This document shows positions 45,555 through 57,488 of a stretch of DNA of 64,000 nucleotides, piece by piece. Every line of letters starts with the position of its first letter. Position 1 is the first letter of the stretch. The DNA is from Alphaproteobacteria bacterium. Lineage in GTDB: Bacteria; Pseudomonadota; Alphaproteobacteria; JAAXGF01. A program made the position numbers and the translations under genes. The notes beneath the pieces were generated by a model. That model worked only from the letters and a program-made list of their open reading frames with translations. It was not told the origin of the DNA and ran no database searches. The DNA lies in assembly GCA_963555825.3 (NCBI GenBank), contig CAUVXB020000002.1, positions 128,001 through 192,000 on the forward strand, given 5' to 3'.

Positions 45555-46550
45555 TCAAGGGCGTTCGCCCTCATCCCCTCCGGCTGTATCCGACGCACCC
45601 GAGTGAGCGGCGCGGTCCAGTTCGATACGGCGGACAATCTCCAGGTTGGTCCCGAGCAGTCGCCGGTTAAAGCCGATCAGGTCGGCGATGATCCCCATCA
45701 ACAAGGTTATGAAGCCGATCACCAGAAGGGCGCCGCCCAGCACCAGGGACTGAATGTGACCGCTGCCGCCATCGATGAAAAAGAAATAGAGAAACCGTAG
45801 TATCGGAAATAGCCCAACGCCGATCAGCGCCAAGCCGATATAGAAAAATGTCCGGATCGGCCGGTACATCGTATAGATCCGCAACATCGTCGTGACCGAA
45901 CGTTCGATGAATTTTGGGATGCTGGTGAACAGCCGCGATTCTCGGGTCTTCGGATTGGTTTTGATCGGCACCGATGTAACGGCGGTTCGATCGTGCCCGG
46001 CCTGGATCAAGGTTTCGATGGTGTAGCTGAAATTCGAGACCACATTTATCCGCATCGCCGCGTCGCGCGAGTAGGCGCGGAAACCGCTGACCGCATCGGG
46101 GACATCGACCCGCGACAATCGCCGAACCACGCCGCTGCCCAAGAGCTGCAATTTTTGCTTGGCGGTCGAGAAATTCGCATTGCCGCCGATGCCCCGGTCA
46201 CCGACCACGACATCCGCGTCACCGGCAACGTTCGGTCCGATCAGCTTCGGAATATCGCCGCCGAAATACTGATTGTCGCCATCCGTGTTGACGATGATGT
46301 CGGCGCCAAGACGCAGGCAGGCGCGGATGCCGGTTTCGAACGTGCGCGCCAAGCCCCGGTTGGATTTATGCCGCACGACATGGTCGACGCCGATGGCGCG
46401 GGCGACCTCGACGGTTTTGTCGTCGGAACCATCGTCGATGACCAAAATTTCCACCGACGACACACCGGTCATCTGCCGCGGAATGTCGGCGACCGTCTGC
46501 GGCAATGTGTGCTCTTCGTTGAAACACGGGATTTGGATGATGAGTTTCAT
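45555..46550 (-). CDS. GT2 glycosyltransferase
   Basis: MKLIIQIPCFNEE, IDDGSDD, NTDGDNQY, DAVSGFRAYS; true start 46550. Confidence 0.92.
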   Translation of the reverse strand: MKLIIQIPCFNEEHTLPQTVADIPRQMTGVSSVEILVIDDGSDDKTVEVARAIGVDHVVRHKSNRGLARTFETGIRACLRLGADIIVNTDGDNQYFGGDIPKLIGPNVAGDADVVVGDRGIGGNANFSTAKQKLQLLGSGVVRRLSRVDVPDAVSGFRAYSRDAAMRINVVSNFSYTIETLIQAGHDRTAVTSVPIKTNPKTRESRLFTSIPKFIERSVTTMLRIYTMYRPIRTFFYIGLALIGVGLFPILRFLYFFFIDGGSGHIQSLVLGGALLVIGFITLLMGIIADLIGFNRRLLGTNLEIVRRIELDRAAHSGASDTAGGDEGERP

Positions 46551-46625
46551 CGATGCCTTCGCGACGATTGAGCATGAACCCAGGTGTATCGGGACAAGCC
46601 TAGCGGTTCGACGGGCCTGCCCTAA

Positions 46626-47556
46626 GAGCCCGGCCGGGAATGAATTGTTTGATTTCAAAGCCTTGCGATCCTTCGTGTGAGGAGTTGGATGCTTGCGATC
46701 ATGAGCCAGGCCTCGGCGCTGGCGATGGTGGCCTCGAAGTCTTTGGCGAGACGGCGGTTGCGACCGAGCCAGGCAAAGGTGCGCTCCACCACCCAACGCC
46801 GGGGCAGGACCTTGAAGCCCGTCACGTCGTCGCTTCGCTTGACGATCTCCAGCGTCCACTGGCCGATCTTTTCCAGCGCCTTGCCGAGTTTCGGTCCGGC
46901 GTAGGCGCCATCGGCGAAGACGTGGCGCAGCCAGGGGAAGGCCCATCGGATCGAGGCGAGCAGCGGCGGCGCGCCGTCGCGGTCCTGGATATGGGCGGCG
47001 TGAACCATGCCGGCGACGAGCCGCCCGCCGGTGTCGGTGAGGATATGGCGCTTGCGCCCCTTAACCAACTTGCCGGCGTCGAACCCGCGCGGGCCGCCGC
47101 TTTCCGTGGTTTTCACCGACTGGCTGTCGATCACACCGGCGGACGGGCTGGCCTCTCGGCCCTCGGCCTCGCGCGCGCGCATGAGCAGCTCGTGGTTGAT
47201 CCCGTTCAGCGTCGCCTCGGTGCGCCAAGCGTAGAAGTACTCCTGGACCGTGCTCTTCGGCGGAAAGTCCTTCGGCAACATCCGCCACTGGCAACCCGTG
47301 CGCGCCATGTACAGGATCGCGTTCACCACCTCGCGCAGGTCCGTCGTTCGCGGGCGTCCCAGCCGTTTGCATGGCGGCAGCAGCGGGCCGATCACGCCCC
47401 ACTCCGCCTCGGTAAGATCGCTTGCATAGCGCAGCCCCTTGCGCTCATATTTGGGTCGAGTGGTCTCGGTCCACATCTTGTGCCTCCATCGCTGTTCAAC
47501 CACAACGAAGGAAACACAAGTGACTGATTCCACTCAACTCTTATTCGGCCGGACTC
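46626..47556 (-). mobile_element. IS5-family (IS1031-like) element; transposase 46655-47476
   Basis: IRs GAGCCCGGCCG / GAGTCCGGCCG, TAA TSD; YASDLTEAEW, IDSQSVKT, RWVVERTFAW. Confidence 0.93.
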
Positions 47557-47786
47557 TAAGACATTTCCGCATTCAAAGCAGAGTTTTTCACGGTTCCACC
47601 GCCGTTCCAACGCGATGGAAGACCTGCTCGTAGTTCGGTTTCAAGGAAACTCTTGCAAACCGGCCCCGGCACGCCGACTCTCGGTGGGATGTCCAAGGTT
47701 TCGATCGGCATGCCCGTATACAATGGCGCCAGCGCTCAGCATCCCGACATGATTGCTGCAGGCCGACGCGGCCGGAAGTCGCCGGC

Positions 47787-48321
47787 ATGAAAGTTTGTTT
47801 CGTCACGACCTCATTCATCCGTTCGTCGGAGGATCACTACGCTCGGTTCGTCTATGAACAGGCCAAGAGCCTGCTTTCTGCAGACGAAAGTACTTCGGTT
47901 GTGGTCGTCGCACCTCACGCGCCCGGTCTGGCCACCAAGGAATTTATCGATGGCTTGGAAATTCAGCGTGCCAAATACTTCTGGCCAACCAGGCTCCAAC
48001 GACTCGCCTACCAGCATGAGGGACTGTTCGAAACAATACGGAACTCGCGACTCGCGACTTTACAGTTGCCGCTGCTTCTCATGGCGATACTGTTCAAGCT
48101 TTGGAGCGCGTCCATGCGTGCGCAGATTATTCATGCCCAATGGGTGCCGACCGCTGCTGTCGCGGTCGTTGTCGGCTGGCTCCGGCGCATTCCGGTCGTC
48201 GTTTCCGTGCGCGGAGCGGATCTGAACACGGCAAGGAACTCCCGTATGGGACGCCTGCTGACCCGCGCCATCATTGACCGGGTGAGTTATGTCGTCACGG
48301 TTAGCGACGAATTCCGGGATC
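47787..48321 (+). pseudogene. GT4 glycosyltransferase N-terminal half, truncated by IS21
   Basis: MKVCFVTTSF, IIHAQWVP, SVRGADL, VTVSDEF, then the IS end; no C-terminal half on the far side. Confidence 0.85.
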
Positions 48322-50891
48322 TGTCAATGGCGGAGCAAAAAGGGACCACCTCGGCGGTGTAAGAAGGGACCGCTTGGCGGCTGCGGGCTTGTCCCCGTAG
48401 TCCACGGGAGGGCCCCGCGCGCGACGCGGCGTGCCCTCAACAGGCTGACGCGGCGGCGCGCGCGGGAGGGACCTGTGGGCCCACGGGGTCAAGCGTGGGC
48501 TGGGTGGTCGGTTCAGTTAGCAGTCGGGGTTTGACGCCTGCGGCTCTGGTTGAGCCTGTAGCTGTCACCGTTCATCTCGAGGATGTTGACGTGGTGGGTG
48601 AGGCGATCGAGGAGCGCGCCGGTGAGGCGCTCGGAGCCGAACACCTCGGTCCATTCGTCGAAGGGCAGATTGGTGGTGACCAGGGTCGAGCCCCGCTCGT
48701 AGCGTTGGCTGAACACCTCGAACAACAGCTCGGCGCCGGTCTTCGACAGCGGCACGAAGCCGAGTTCGTCGACGATCAGAAGCTTGTAGGTGGCGAGCTT
48801 CTTCTGGAACCTCAGCAGCTGCTTGTCATCGCGGGCCTCGATGAGTTCGTGGACCAGCGCGGCGGCGGTGATGAAGCCGACCGAGAGGCCCTTCTGGCAG
48901 GCCGCCAGGCCGAGACCGAGGGCGATGTGGGTCTTGCCGGTCCCACTGTTGCCGAGCGCGATGAGGTTCTCGCGGCGCTCGATGTACTCGCAGCGGGCCA
49001 GCTCCAGGACCAGCGCCTTGTTGAGCGAGGGGATGACCTTGAAGTCGAAGCTGTCGAGGCTCTTGACCACGGGGAAGCGCGCCGCCTTGATGCGCCGCTC
49101 GACCATGCGGCGCTCGCGGTCGATCAGCTCGAGCTCGGCGAGTCTCAACAGGTAGCGGACGTGATCGACGCCTTCCGAGGCGCACTGCCGGGCGATCTTG
49201 TCGTACTCGCGCAGGAAGGTCGGCAGCTTCAGCGTCTTGAGGTGGTGGGCGAGCAGCACTTGCGGTGTGTCGGTCATGCGCCGAGCCCCGACAGCAGGCT
49301 CATGTACGACTTGGCGGACGTCATCGCGACCCGGGCGCGCGGCAGATACGGATAGACGTCGAGGTTGAGCCTGGGCGGCCGCCGCTCGATGCGGCACAGT
49401 ACCAGGTGCTTCACCGCATCAAAGCCGATTGCGCCGAGCCGCAGGGCGTCGCCGACCGCACCCTCGACCTCCTCGAGCCGGAAGGTCTCCAGTAGACGGA
49501 GCACCTGGACGTACTCGCGCTTGCCTGCCTTGCCCATACGAGCTTCGAGGAGCCGCCGCAGAGTGATGAAGGCCTCGGGCAGGTCCCAGCCCGCCAATGG
49601 CGCGGCCTGGTCGAGGGCGCCGATCTTCTGCTCGATCAAGGGCAGGTAATGCAGCGGGTCGAAGATCAGGTCCTCGCTGTCGTAGGACCGGCGGTGCCGG
49701 GCGATCACCTCGGCCCCGCAGCTGATCACCACCTCATCGACGTAGCCCCGGATGAGCACCTCACGGTGGCCGTAGGCCACGGGCACGGAATAGTCGTTGC
49801 TGCGGTAACGCACCAGCGACAGCGAACTCGCCCGTCCAGGGCGCTTATCGCAGGCATCATAGGGAGCAGGCGGCAATGGCAAGAGAACTTGACGATCCCG
49901 CTCGAGACGCTCGCCGATGGTCTCCTTGTGGCCCCGCAGCCGCGCCGCCTGGCGCCGGCGGCACTGTTCGGCGAGAGCATCGTTGAGGGCCGCGAAGCTC
50001 TCGGCACGCGGGACGGGGACCAGGAAGTTCCGCCGGATGAAGCCGACCAGTCCCTCGACCTTGCCCTTGTCGTTGCCCTTGCCCGGCCGGCCGAACCTGT
50101 CCTCGAACAGATAGTGGGACTGAAGCTCCGTGAAGACGCGCGTTCGCTGCCGCTTCCCATCGCCCAGGATCCGGGCAACCGCCAGCTTGGTGTTGTCGTA
50201 CAGGATGGATCGGGGGACGCCGCCGAAGAAGGCAAACGCCGCGTTGTGGCCATCGCAGAATGCTTCGGTCGTCTCCGCCGGATAGGCCGCAACAAAGCAA
50301 CCATCACTGTGGGGAAGGTCGAAGGCAAGGAAGTGGATCTTCCGTAACGCGCCGCCGATCACCGCCATCGCTTCGCCGAAGTCCGCCTGGGCGTGACCGG
50401 GGGAATGGGAGAGTGGCACGAACACCTCACGCGACCGAAGCCCCTGCTCACGAACGTAGTCCTTCACGATGGTGTAGCCGCCCGTGAAACCGTACTCGTC
50501 CCGGAGGCGGTCGAAGATGCGCTTCGCAGTGTGCCGTTGCTTGCGGTGGCTGGTCCGATCGTCTTCCAAGATCCGATCGATGATTCCCGTGAACGGACCC
50601 AGCTTTGGCCGCCTCGGCGGCGCGCTTCGGCGATACCCTGGCGGCACCGAGAACGACAGCATCTTACGGACCGTCTTGCGGTCTACACCAAACACCCGCG
50701 AGGCCTCGCGGGTGCTCATCCCCTCGACATGACACGCCCGCCGAACCCGTGCGTACAACTCCACCCGATACATCCCCCCCGCCTTCCAGTCAGAGCAACC
50801 CTGACAGAAGGCTATACGCGGTCCCATTTTGGTCCGCCGCAGCCGGATCGACCGGCCGCTTCAGTGGGGGATTATTGCTCTGCCGTTCTCA
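48322..50891 (-). mobile_element. IS21-family element, copy 2 (istB 48513-49277, istA 49274-50773)
   Basis: Same ends and identical translations as 27564-30133; no TSD. Confidence 0.95.
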
Positions 50892-51103
50892 CCATGCGCT
50901 ACGTGGTCAATCTGCGTGCCCTCGGCCTCAATATCCGACGCTGCGCGGCAATCGCACCATAAAAAACGAAGCCAAGGAGAAGCCAAGGATAGGTAATATC
51001 AGGTTTTATCCACCAGCAACGCGGAGACAGGCAAATATTCTTCACCGAACCGCAAAGACCTGTACAAGCACGCCATCGGCCAACAACTTTTTACCGCCCC
51101 GTC
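50892..51103 (+). mobile_element. Right-end remnant of a second copy of the GACGGGG-ended IS
   Basis: Near-identical to 55635-55846, ending TTTTTACCGCCCCGTC. Confidence 0.88.
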
Positions 51104-51224
51104 GAATCTTGTGTACGGCGTTGAATGGATCGAACCATCTCGCCGAGATCATTCGCGGCGTCAAATTCGTAGATGGAGAACGCCAGGATCGCGCCGCCGC
51201 ATGATCAGCCCATACACAACTTTT
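51104..51224 (+). mobile_element. IS256 3'-end remnant; its terminal IR continues at 55854-55864
   Basis: LNGSNHLAEIIRGVKFVDGE..AA*; CATACACAACTTTT|..|GACAATAGCTC. Confidence 0.75.
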
Positions 51225-51548
51225 GACGGGGCGGTAAAAAGTCGATTCCTCATGAGAGTCGGCTGGATTATAATTGTGCATGTTTACTTTACGCGACCGA
51301 CGGACTGGGGAATTGTTTGATCGCTGGTCCGATTTCGGGGACAAACGTCGGCGCCTGATGGAGCAATCCTGGGCCGGGGTTTTTCGGAACCATCTGCTTG
51401 TCGAACTTCCGGTTGACGATCTTTGCCGTCACCTTGATGAACGCATGGGCCGACCATCGAAGGATCTACACGTTGTCATCGGGGTCTTGCTTTTGCAGCA
51501 GCTGCACGATCTGAGCGATGCAGAGACCGTCGAGGCCCTGGCCTTCAA

Positions 51549-52926
51549 GAGCTATGTCCGAAAGTTGGTGACGGAGCTATCAGGCGGCGTGTTTGGTTAT
51601 CTTGATTCCGTCCTTGAACGGCACTCCTTCGACGAGTTCGGCGAGTTGATTTGATCCGTCCAGCTTCCGCCATTTCCGCCTGGCACTCAAGATCAGTTTG
51701 AAGGCCATGGCGAGCGCCGTCTTGCGGCTCAGGCACCCCTTGGTCTTCACGGTCCTCAGGCGCACCGTGGCGAAGGTGCTTTCGATGGGGTTGGTGGTGC
51801 GGATGTGCTTCCAGTGCTCGGCCGGGAAGTCGTAGAAGCTCAGCAGGCGTTCACGGTCCTTGACCAGGCGCTCTGCGGCCTTGTGGTATTTTGCGCCGTA
51901 GGCTGCGATGAAGAAGTCGAAGGCGGCTTCGGCGTCGGCCCTAGTCTCGGCCATCCAGATGTCGTGCAGATGGCCCTTGGCTTTGGCCTGCAGGGATTTG
52001 GGCATCTGGTTGAGCACGTTGGCGGTCTTGTGGACCCAGCAACGCTGCACCCTGGTCTCTCCGTAAACCTCGCGTAGCGCCTTCCAGAAGCCCAAGGCGC
52101 CGTCGCCGACGGCCAACTCGGGGCCGGTCTCCAAGCCCCGGCGCTTGAGATCAAGCAGCAGTTCCTTCCAGCTTTGCGCGCTCTCTCGATAACCGTCGAC
52201 CATGCCGACGATGTCCTTGTTGCCCATGGCGTCGGCGCCGATGATCACCAGAACACACTGTTTGTCATGGTCCATGCGAGGCGAGAAGTAGACCCCGTCG
52301 GCCCAAAAATAGACGTAGCGCCGAGCCGAAAGGTCGCGCTTTTGCCAGGCTTCGTATTCGTCCCACCAGACCGCTTTCAGCCGGCCAATGGTGCTGGCCG
52401 TCAGGCCCGGCGCGTCCGGTCCCAGCAGCGCCGCCAGGGCCTCCGAAAAGTCGCCGCTGGAGATGCCCTTCAGATAAAGCCAGGGCAGAAGCGCCTCGAC
52501 CGACTTGGCGCGCCTGAGATAAGGCGGCAGGATCGATGACGTGAAACGGATGCGCCCGCCCGTGGCCTGTGGATCTCGGTCTCGCACTCTTGGCCGCTTC
52601 ACCGTCACAGCTCCGATCCCGGTCTGAACCTCGCGTTCCGGCATGTGCCCGTGACGGACAATACGGCGCCGGCCCGAAGCGTCGGTCAAATCGGCATGGG
52701 CTTCAATATGGGCGGCAACTTCCGCTTCAATCGCCTGGCCAAGCAACTGCCGGGCGCCGGCGCGCAATATCTCCGTCAGCGGATCGTCGGAAAATGACTC
52801 TGGCTGGCGCAACGCAACAACTGTATCGTCTTTCATGGCGTATCCCTTTCTTCGGAAAATTGGCGTCTTCATCAACGCCAGGATACGCCGCCTTCATTCT
52901 CCATCACCAAGATTCAGCTATAGCTC
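51549..52926 (-). mobile_element. IS256-family element, intact; transposase 51580-52836
   Basis: GAGCTAT ends, 9-bp TSD GGCCTTCAA; WADGVY, GDGALGFW, QRCWVHK, RTTNPIES. Confidence 0.95.
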
Positions 52927-52994
52927 GGCCTTCAATATGGCGTGGCACTATGCCTTGGACGTGCGCAGCGAAGCGGACAGCTATTTCTGTGAGA

Positions 52995-54414
52995 TGTATC
53001 GCACCCGGTTCCTTGGACACAAGTTTGTCTCATGCGGCGGGCCTGAGTGACATCGCGGTGTGCCACGCCTGACGAGCTTGAGCGGGGCTCAGGTAGCCGT
53101 TCTTCTCCACGATCCACTGGGCATTGTACTGTTCGACGAACCCGCGGACGGCGTTCCGCAGCTCCGCGATGTTGCGGTAGATGCGGCCATGGATGATCTG
53201 TTCCTTGAGCGTGCGATTGAACCTCTCGGCGACGCCGTTGGTCTGGGGCTGTTCGACGAAGGCGTAGGACGGCTGGATGCCCCAGAACTTGATCTGGTTG
53301 GTGAAGTGGTCCGACAGATACTGGGAGCCGTGATCCATCCGCAAGGCCAGCCCCCGCGCCGCACCGGCGGAGGTCGAGGCATACAGCCTCGCAAGCCCCA
53401 TGGAGATCGGCTGAAGGGCGGCGAAGCGGTCGCCTCGCTTGCACACATGCCAGCCGACGCACTCGGCGTTCCAATGCTCGATGGCGGTGAATATCCAGCC
53501 CCAGCCGTCGTCCACCGTGAACACCCGAACGCCGTCCGTGCCCCACATGAGGTTGGGGGCATGGGTGATGATCTCACCGACATGGGGATTTCCGCCACGG
53601 CGGCGGCAGCGATGGGGCGAGAGCAGGTTGTTCTCGCGCATCACCCGGAGCCCCCGCTTGCGGGAAACACGGATGCCACGACAGACCCGAAGCCGAGCCC
53701 AGACCTTGCGGTGTCCCTCGCCCTCCCAGGGGGATGCCTCCAGGTCGGCCTCGATGGCCACCAGCAGAGCCTCGTCCGAGATCGAGGGCTTCGGTCCCCG
53801 GCGCTTTGCTGGTGGGCGCTCAGCGGTGGCCTGCTGCCGGGATTTCATGGCGTAGAACGAGGAACGGGCAAAACCCCAGGCCGCACAGACCCGCTGGAGG
53901 CCGTAGGCCAAACCCGTGCCGGGAGAGGTGGCGGCACTCATCGCCGCGACCTCCGCCGCCCCAAAGGGCCGGACGTCTCCGTCTTGGCCTCCAGCAGTTC
54001 CACCTGCATGATCAACTCCCCGATCCGCTTCATGGCGATGTCCAGTTCCGCCTTCACCGGATCGCCCTTGCGTTCCTTGAGCGAGGCATCGATCCCGGCG
54101 ATCGCCTTCTCACGCCACTGCTCGAGCCGGAAAATCTCCACGCCCAACTGCCGCGACAAAAGTTCCACCGGCTCGCCACGCAAAAGCCGCAGGGCAACCT
54201 CACGCTTGCGCGTCACCGTCCACCGCTGGCCAAGTCCCAGCGGGCCTGCCGGCGAAACCTGGCCCGGGGAAAACGTGGACGAGCCAAGCTCGCCCTCGTT
54301 TACCACAGGCCCATCAACAGCAACTTTGTTCTCAAAATTGTCGGTCATGTTCCGGTCCTCCTTGGACACTTCGATTAAGCCAATTCTGTGTCCAAGGAAA
54401 TCGGGTCCGACTCA
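52995..54414 (-). mobile_element. 1420-bp two-ORF DDE element with 14-bp TSD, copy 2
   Basis: Inverted near-identical copy of 43200-44619; TSD CTATTTCTGTGAGA at 52981-52994 and 54415-54428. Confidence 0.93.
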
Positions 54415-55865
54415 CTATTTCTGTGAGAAAACCCTGCGCAACTATCGCCGTCTGTTTATCGAACAAGGTCTCGATGAATTGCTGTTCCGGTGTTTGACGG
54501 ATCGGCTGGTGCAGGGGTTCTCTGTCGATACCAGCCACCAACGCATGGATTCGACGGCCCTTCGTTCGGCAATGCGGGCGCTGACACGACTTGGTATCGT
54601 TGTTGAGAGCATCTCGAAGTTTGCCCGTGAGCTTGAGCGATATCATCCCGGTCTGCACGAGCAGATCAGCAAGGAGGTGATCCGCCGCTATGTCGATCGC
54701 GAGGGTAATGGCGCGTTCGCGAATACGGCGCCGAGTGTTTCAAAACGGCGCCTCGGCGAAGCGGGTCAGTATCTCCTAGCCCTGGTGCTGCAATTCCGTG
54801 ACACGGCGGCGGCAAAGCTTTTCAGTTTTGCGATCCTGGAGAGGGTTCTGCGCGATCAGTTCGAGATCGTTGATGATGAGTATGGCGATCGTGACGCAAC
54901 GCGCGCCGCGATTCGAGATCCAAAGGATGTGCCGTGCGATACCGTCGGCAATCCGGCCGACCCGGACGCGAGCTACAACGCGCACAAGGGTCAAGGATAC
55001 ATGGCGCAGATCGTCGAAACCTATTGTGAAGATGTCAGTAACGAGGCGGTTGCCGCGACACCGGACCTCATCACCCACGTGGAGGTCCACAAGATGACGG
55101 TGCATGACGGCCATCGCTTAGCCGATGCGCTGGATGATCTGAGCGAGCGCGCGCTGACGCCGGCGGTGATGCTGGGTGATTCACATTACGGTTCCAGTGA
55201 CAACATGGCTCTGACGCGCGAACAGAACATCAATCTCGTGGCGCCCGCACGACCGCCGAAAGGCGCCGTCTCGGGACGGTTGACGTTGGAGGATTTCACT
55301 CTCAACGAAGAAGGCTTGGTCTTGCGCTGTCCCAATAACGTCGAACCGGTTTCAGCCTCGCTCGCCAAAGCCAAGCTGCAGGCCCGTTTCGACCTCTCCA
55401 TCTGCCAAAAATGTCCCGATATACTGCGATGTCCCGTGCAGGCGGCCAAGCGTGACGGCCAATTTTCCCGCTTTCAATATACCCCGGCCAGGGCTGCCAA
55501 CCAAAAGCGCCGGCTTTATGAACAAAGCGATGCCTTCCGCAACGTCTACAGATGGCGGGCCGGCATAGAAGCGACCATGTCGCGATTAAAGTACCAGATG
55601 AACCTGGCTCACCTACGCATTCGCGGCATGCCGGCCATGCGCTACGTGGTCAATCTGCGTGCCCTCGGCCTCAATATCCGACGCTGCGCGGCAATCGCAC
55701 CATAAAAAACGAAGCCAAGGAGAAGCCAAGGGTAGGTAATATCAGGTTTTATCCACCAGCAACGCGGAGACAGGCAAATATTCTTCACCGAACCGCAAAG
55801 ACCTGTACAAGCACGCCATCGGCCAACAACTTTTTACCGCCCCGTCAACTTTTGACAATAGCTCC

Positions 55866-56006
55866 AGACCATTTGGAACAGAGCTCAGCCTGCGCTCAGA
55901 GTTCAGGTACTACGTCGTCTGGCCTAAGCGTACAGTACCGGAGTTCGTCGATCACTTTCGAAACTGGGTTTTGGCAGAGTTTTCAAATCAGACCGGGTTC
56001 CGGTGA
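55866..56006 (+). pseudogene. C-terminal remnant of a LysR (GcvA-type) regulator
   Basis: RPFGTELSLRSEFRYYVVWPKRTVPEFVDHFRNWVLAEF..* directly after the IS256 end. Confidence 0.6.
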
Positions 56007-56429
56007 CGGACTCTACTCAGTTTTGGAGGAAATTATCCTGGGCGTCTAAACCGACCCAGGTGGGTGGTGGGCCCGGCGACGAACGAGCCGACGACCAGCC
56101 CGATCACCATCACGGTGACGACCAGCCAGCTCGCTAGATGATCGGTCGACTTCATGACAAACACAACTACAGCCTGGCGCCCGAAGGGTGTCGTGCCTTC
56201 CCGGCGCCACAAGTTGTCACCCCACGCCAAGGCATTTGGTGCTGGCGTTCCCAGTCGTAGAGGGCCCCGCGTTCACGGTAGCGCCGGTCAGAATCACATG
56301 TTGGTGAGGCTACCCCGATTGCGCCCCACAACCGGCCCGCGGCACGAAATTGACGTTGCATTGGGCGGCGGGGCCGACTAGATCGACAGGGGATCAGCCG
56401 CGCGAAGTGAACAACGAGGGTGAATTTCC

Positions 56430-57134
56430 GTGGTCGACGTTCGAGAATTGCCGCGTCAGGAACTCGAAGGCATGCTCGCCGCCGGCGAGGACATCGTGGA
56501 GTGGTACCGCGTGCTGCAAAAGACCGGCGACAATATCGTCGGCGAGGTGCTGCGCGATCAGGGCAAGTTTTACGAATGGAACCACTACCCGAAGGGCGAC
56601 GTCTACGACAACGAAACCCATTCACAACATTTCTATCACGCCCACCCGACCGACCAGCGGGACGGCGAGCACGGCCATTTTCACACCTTCCTGCGCGCCA
56701 AGGGCATGCCCAAGGGCATCAAGCCTGCGCCCTACGACGGCGACGTCGAGTGGCCCAAGGGCAACGACGCCCTGAGCCACCTGATCGGCATCTCGATGGA
56801 TCGCAAGGGGTTTCCCATCGCGCTGTTCACCACCAACCGCTGGGTCACCGGCGAGGCCTGGTATGTCATGGATGACGTCCTTGCCATGGTCGAACGCTTC
56901 GACATCGACCACGCACGCCCGTCGTGGCCGGTGAACCGCTGGATCACCGCAATGGTCCGCTTGTACCGCCCCGACATCCGTGAGCTGATCGTGGCGCGCG
57001 ACGCCGCCGTCGAGGCGTGGCGCGCACATCACCCGGACCGCGACGTCTTCGAGGACCGCGAGTTCGAGATCGCCTCGCGTCAGAAGATTTCGGTCGACAA
57101 GAGAATCGCCGAAGTGCGGGCGGCACTCAGATAA
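56430..57134 (+). CDS. Conserved His-motif hypothetical protein (DUF6969-like)
   Basis: EWNHYPKGDVYD, FYHAH, EHGHFHTFLR, LSHLIGISMD, LFTTNRWVTGE; strong GC3 bias; family name from recognition, not a search. Confidence 0.8.
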   Translation: MVDVRELPRQELEGMLAAGEDIVEWYRVLQKTGDNIVGEVLRDQGKFYEWNHYPKGDVYDNETHSQHFYHAHPTDQRDGEHGHFHTFLRAKGMPKGIKPAPYDGDVEWPKGNDALSHLIGISMDRKGFPIALFTTNRWVTGEAWYVMDDVLAMVERFDIDHARPSWPVNRWITAMVRLYRPDIRELIVARDAAVEAWRAHHPDRDVFEDREFEIASRQKISVDKRIAEVRAALR

Positions 57135-57227
57135 GCGCCGCCCGCACCCCGGTCGAGGAGAACGCCGTCTCGCTTGGGGGGACGGGCGAAGGCGGCGTCA
57201 CCTGGCGAACGGACTAGCGCGGAATCC

Positions 57228-57488
57228 CTAGTTCGACGTCGCCGCGCAGGGATTGCAGGGATTGCAAGCCGACGCCGCACAAGGATTGCACGGGTTGCAC
57301 GCGCTCGCGGCGCAGGGGTTGCACGCGGCGCACGGGTTGCACGGATTCGACGCCGCGCAGGGATTGCACGGATTACACGCACCGCAGACGGCCGCTGCCG
57401 GCGCGCATGTGGCATGCGCCGGAACGGCGACCGCGGTAACCGCGAATCCGGCCATGCCGGCGGCGGCGAGTAGTTTCTTAACCGACAT
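57228..57488 (-). CDS. Secreted Cys-rich (NPC)n peptide; native 5' codons displaced to 60594-60609 by two ISs
   Basis: [23 protein letters not shown] signal peptide, then a 60-aa mature region with 15 Cys and 9 NPC motifs; repeats vary at synonymous positions. Confidence 0.82.
   Translation of the reverse strand: MSVKKLLAAAGMAGFAVTAVAVPAHATCAPAAAVCGACNPCNPCAASNPCNPCAACNPCAASACNPCNPCAASACNPCNPCAATSN

Larger units (their letters stand above)
51225..55846 (+). mobile_element. IS1182/IS5-like element interrupted by two other ISs
   Basis: IR GACGGGGCGGTAAAAAGT, 7-bp TSD AACTTTT; transposase reconstructs as ..ETVEALAF|NMAWHYALD..SYFCE|KTLRNY..YRWRAGIEATMS. Confidence 0.88.

Noticed and set aside
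53060-55705. 881-aa ORF as a novel fusion transposase
   Set aside because: It is the antisense frame of the inserted IS running by chance into the remainder of the interrupted transposase.
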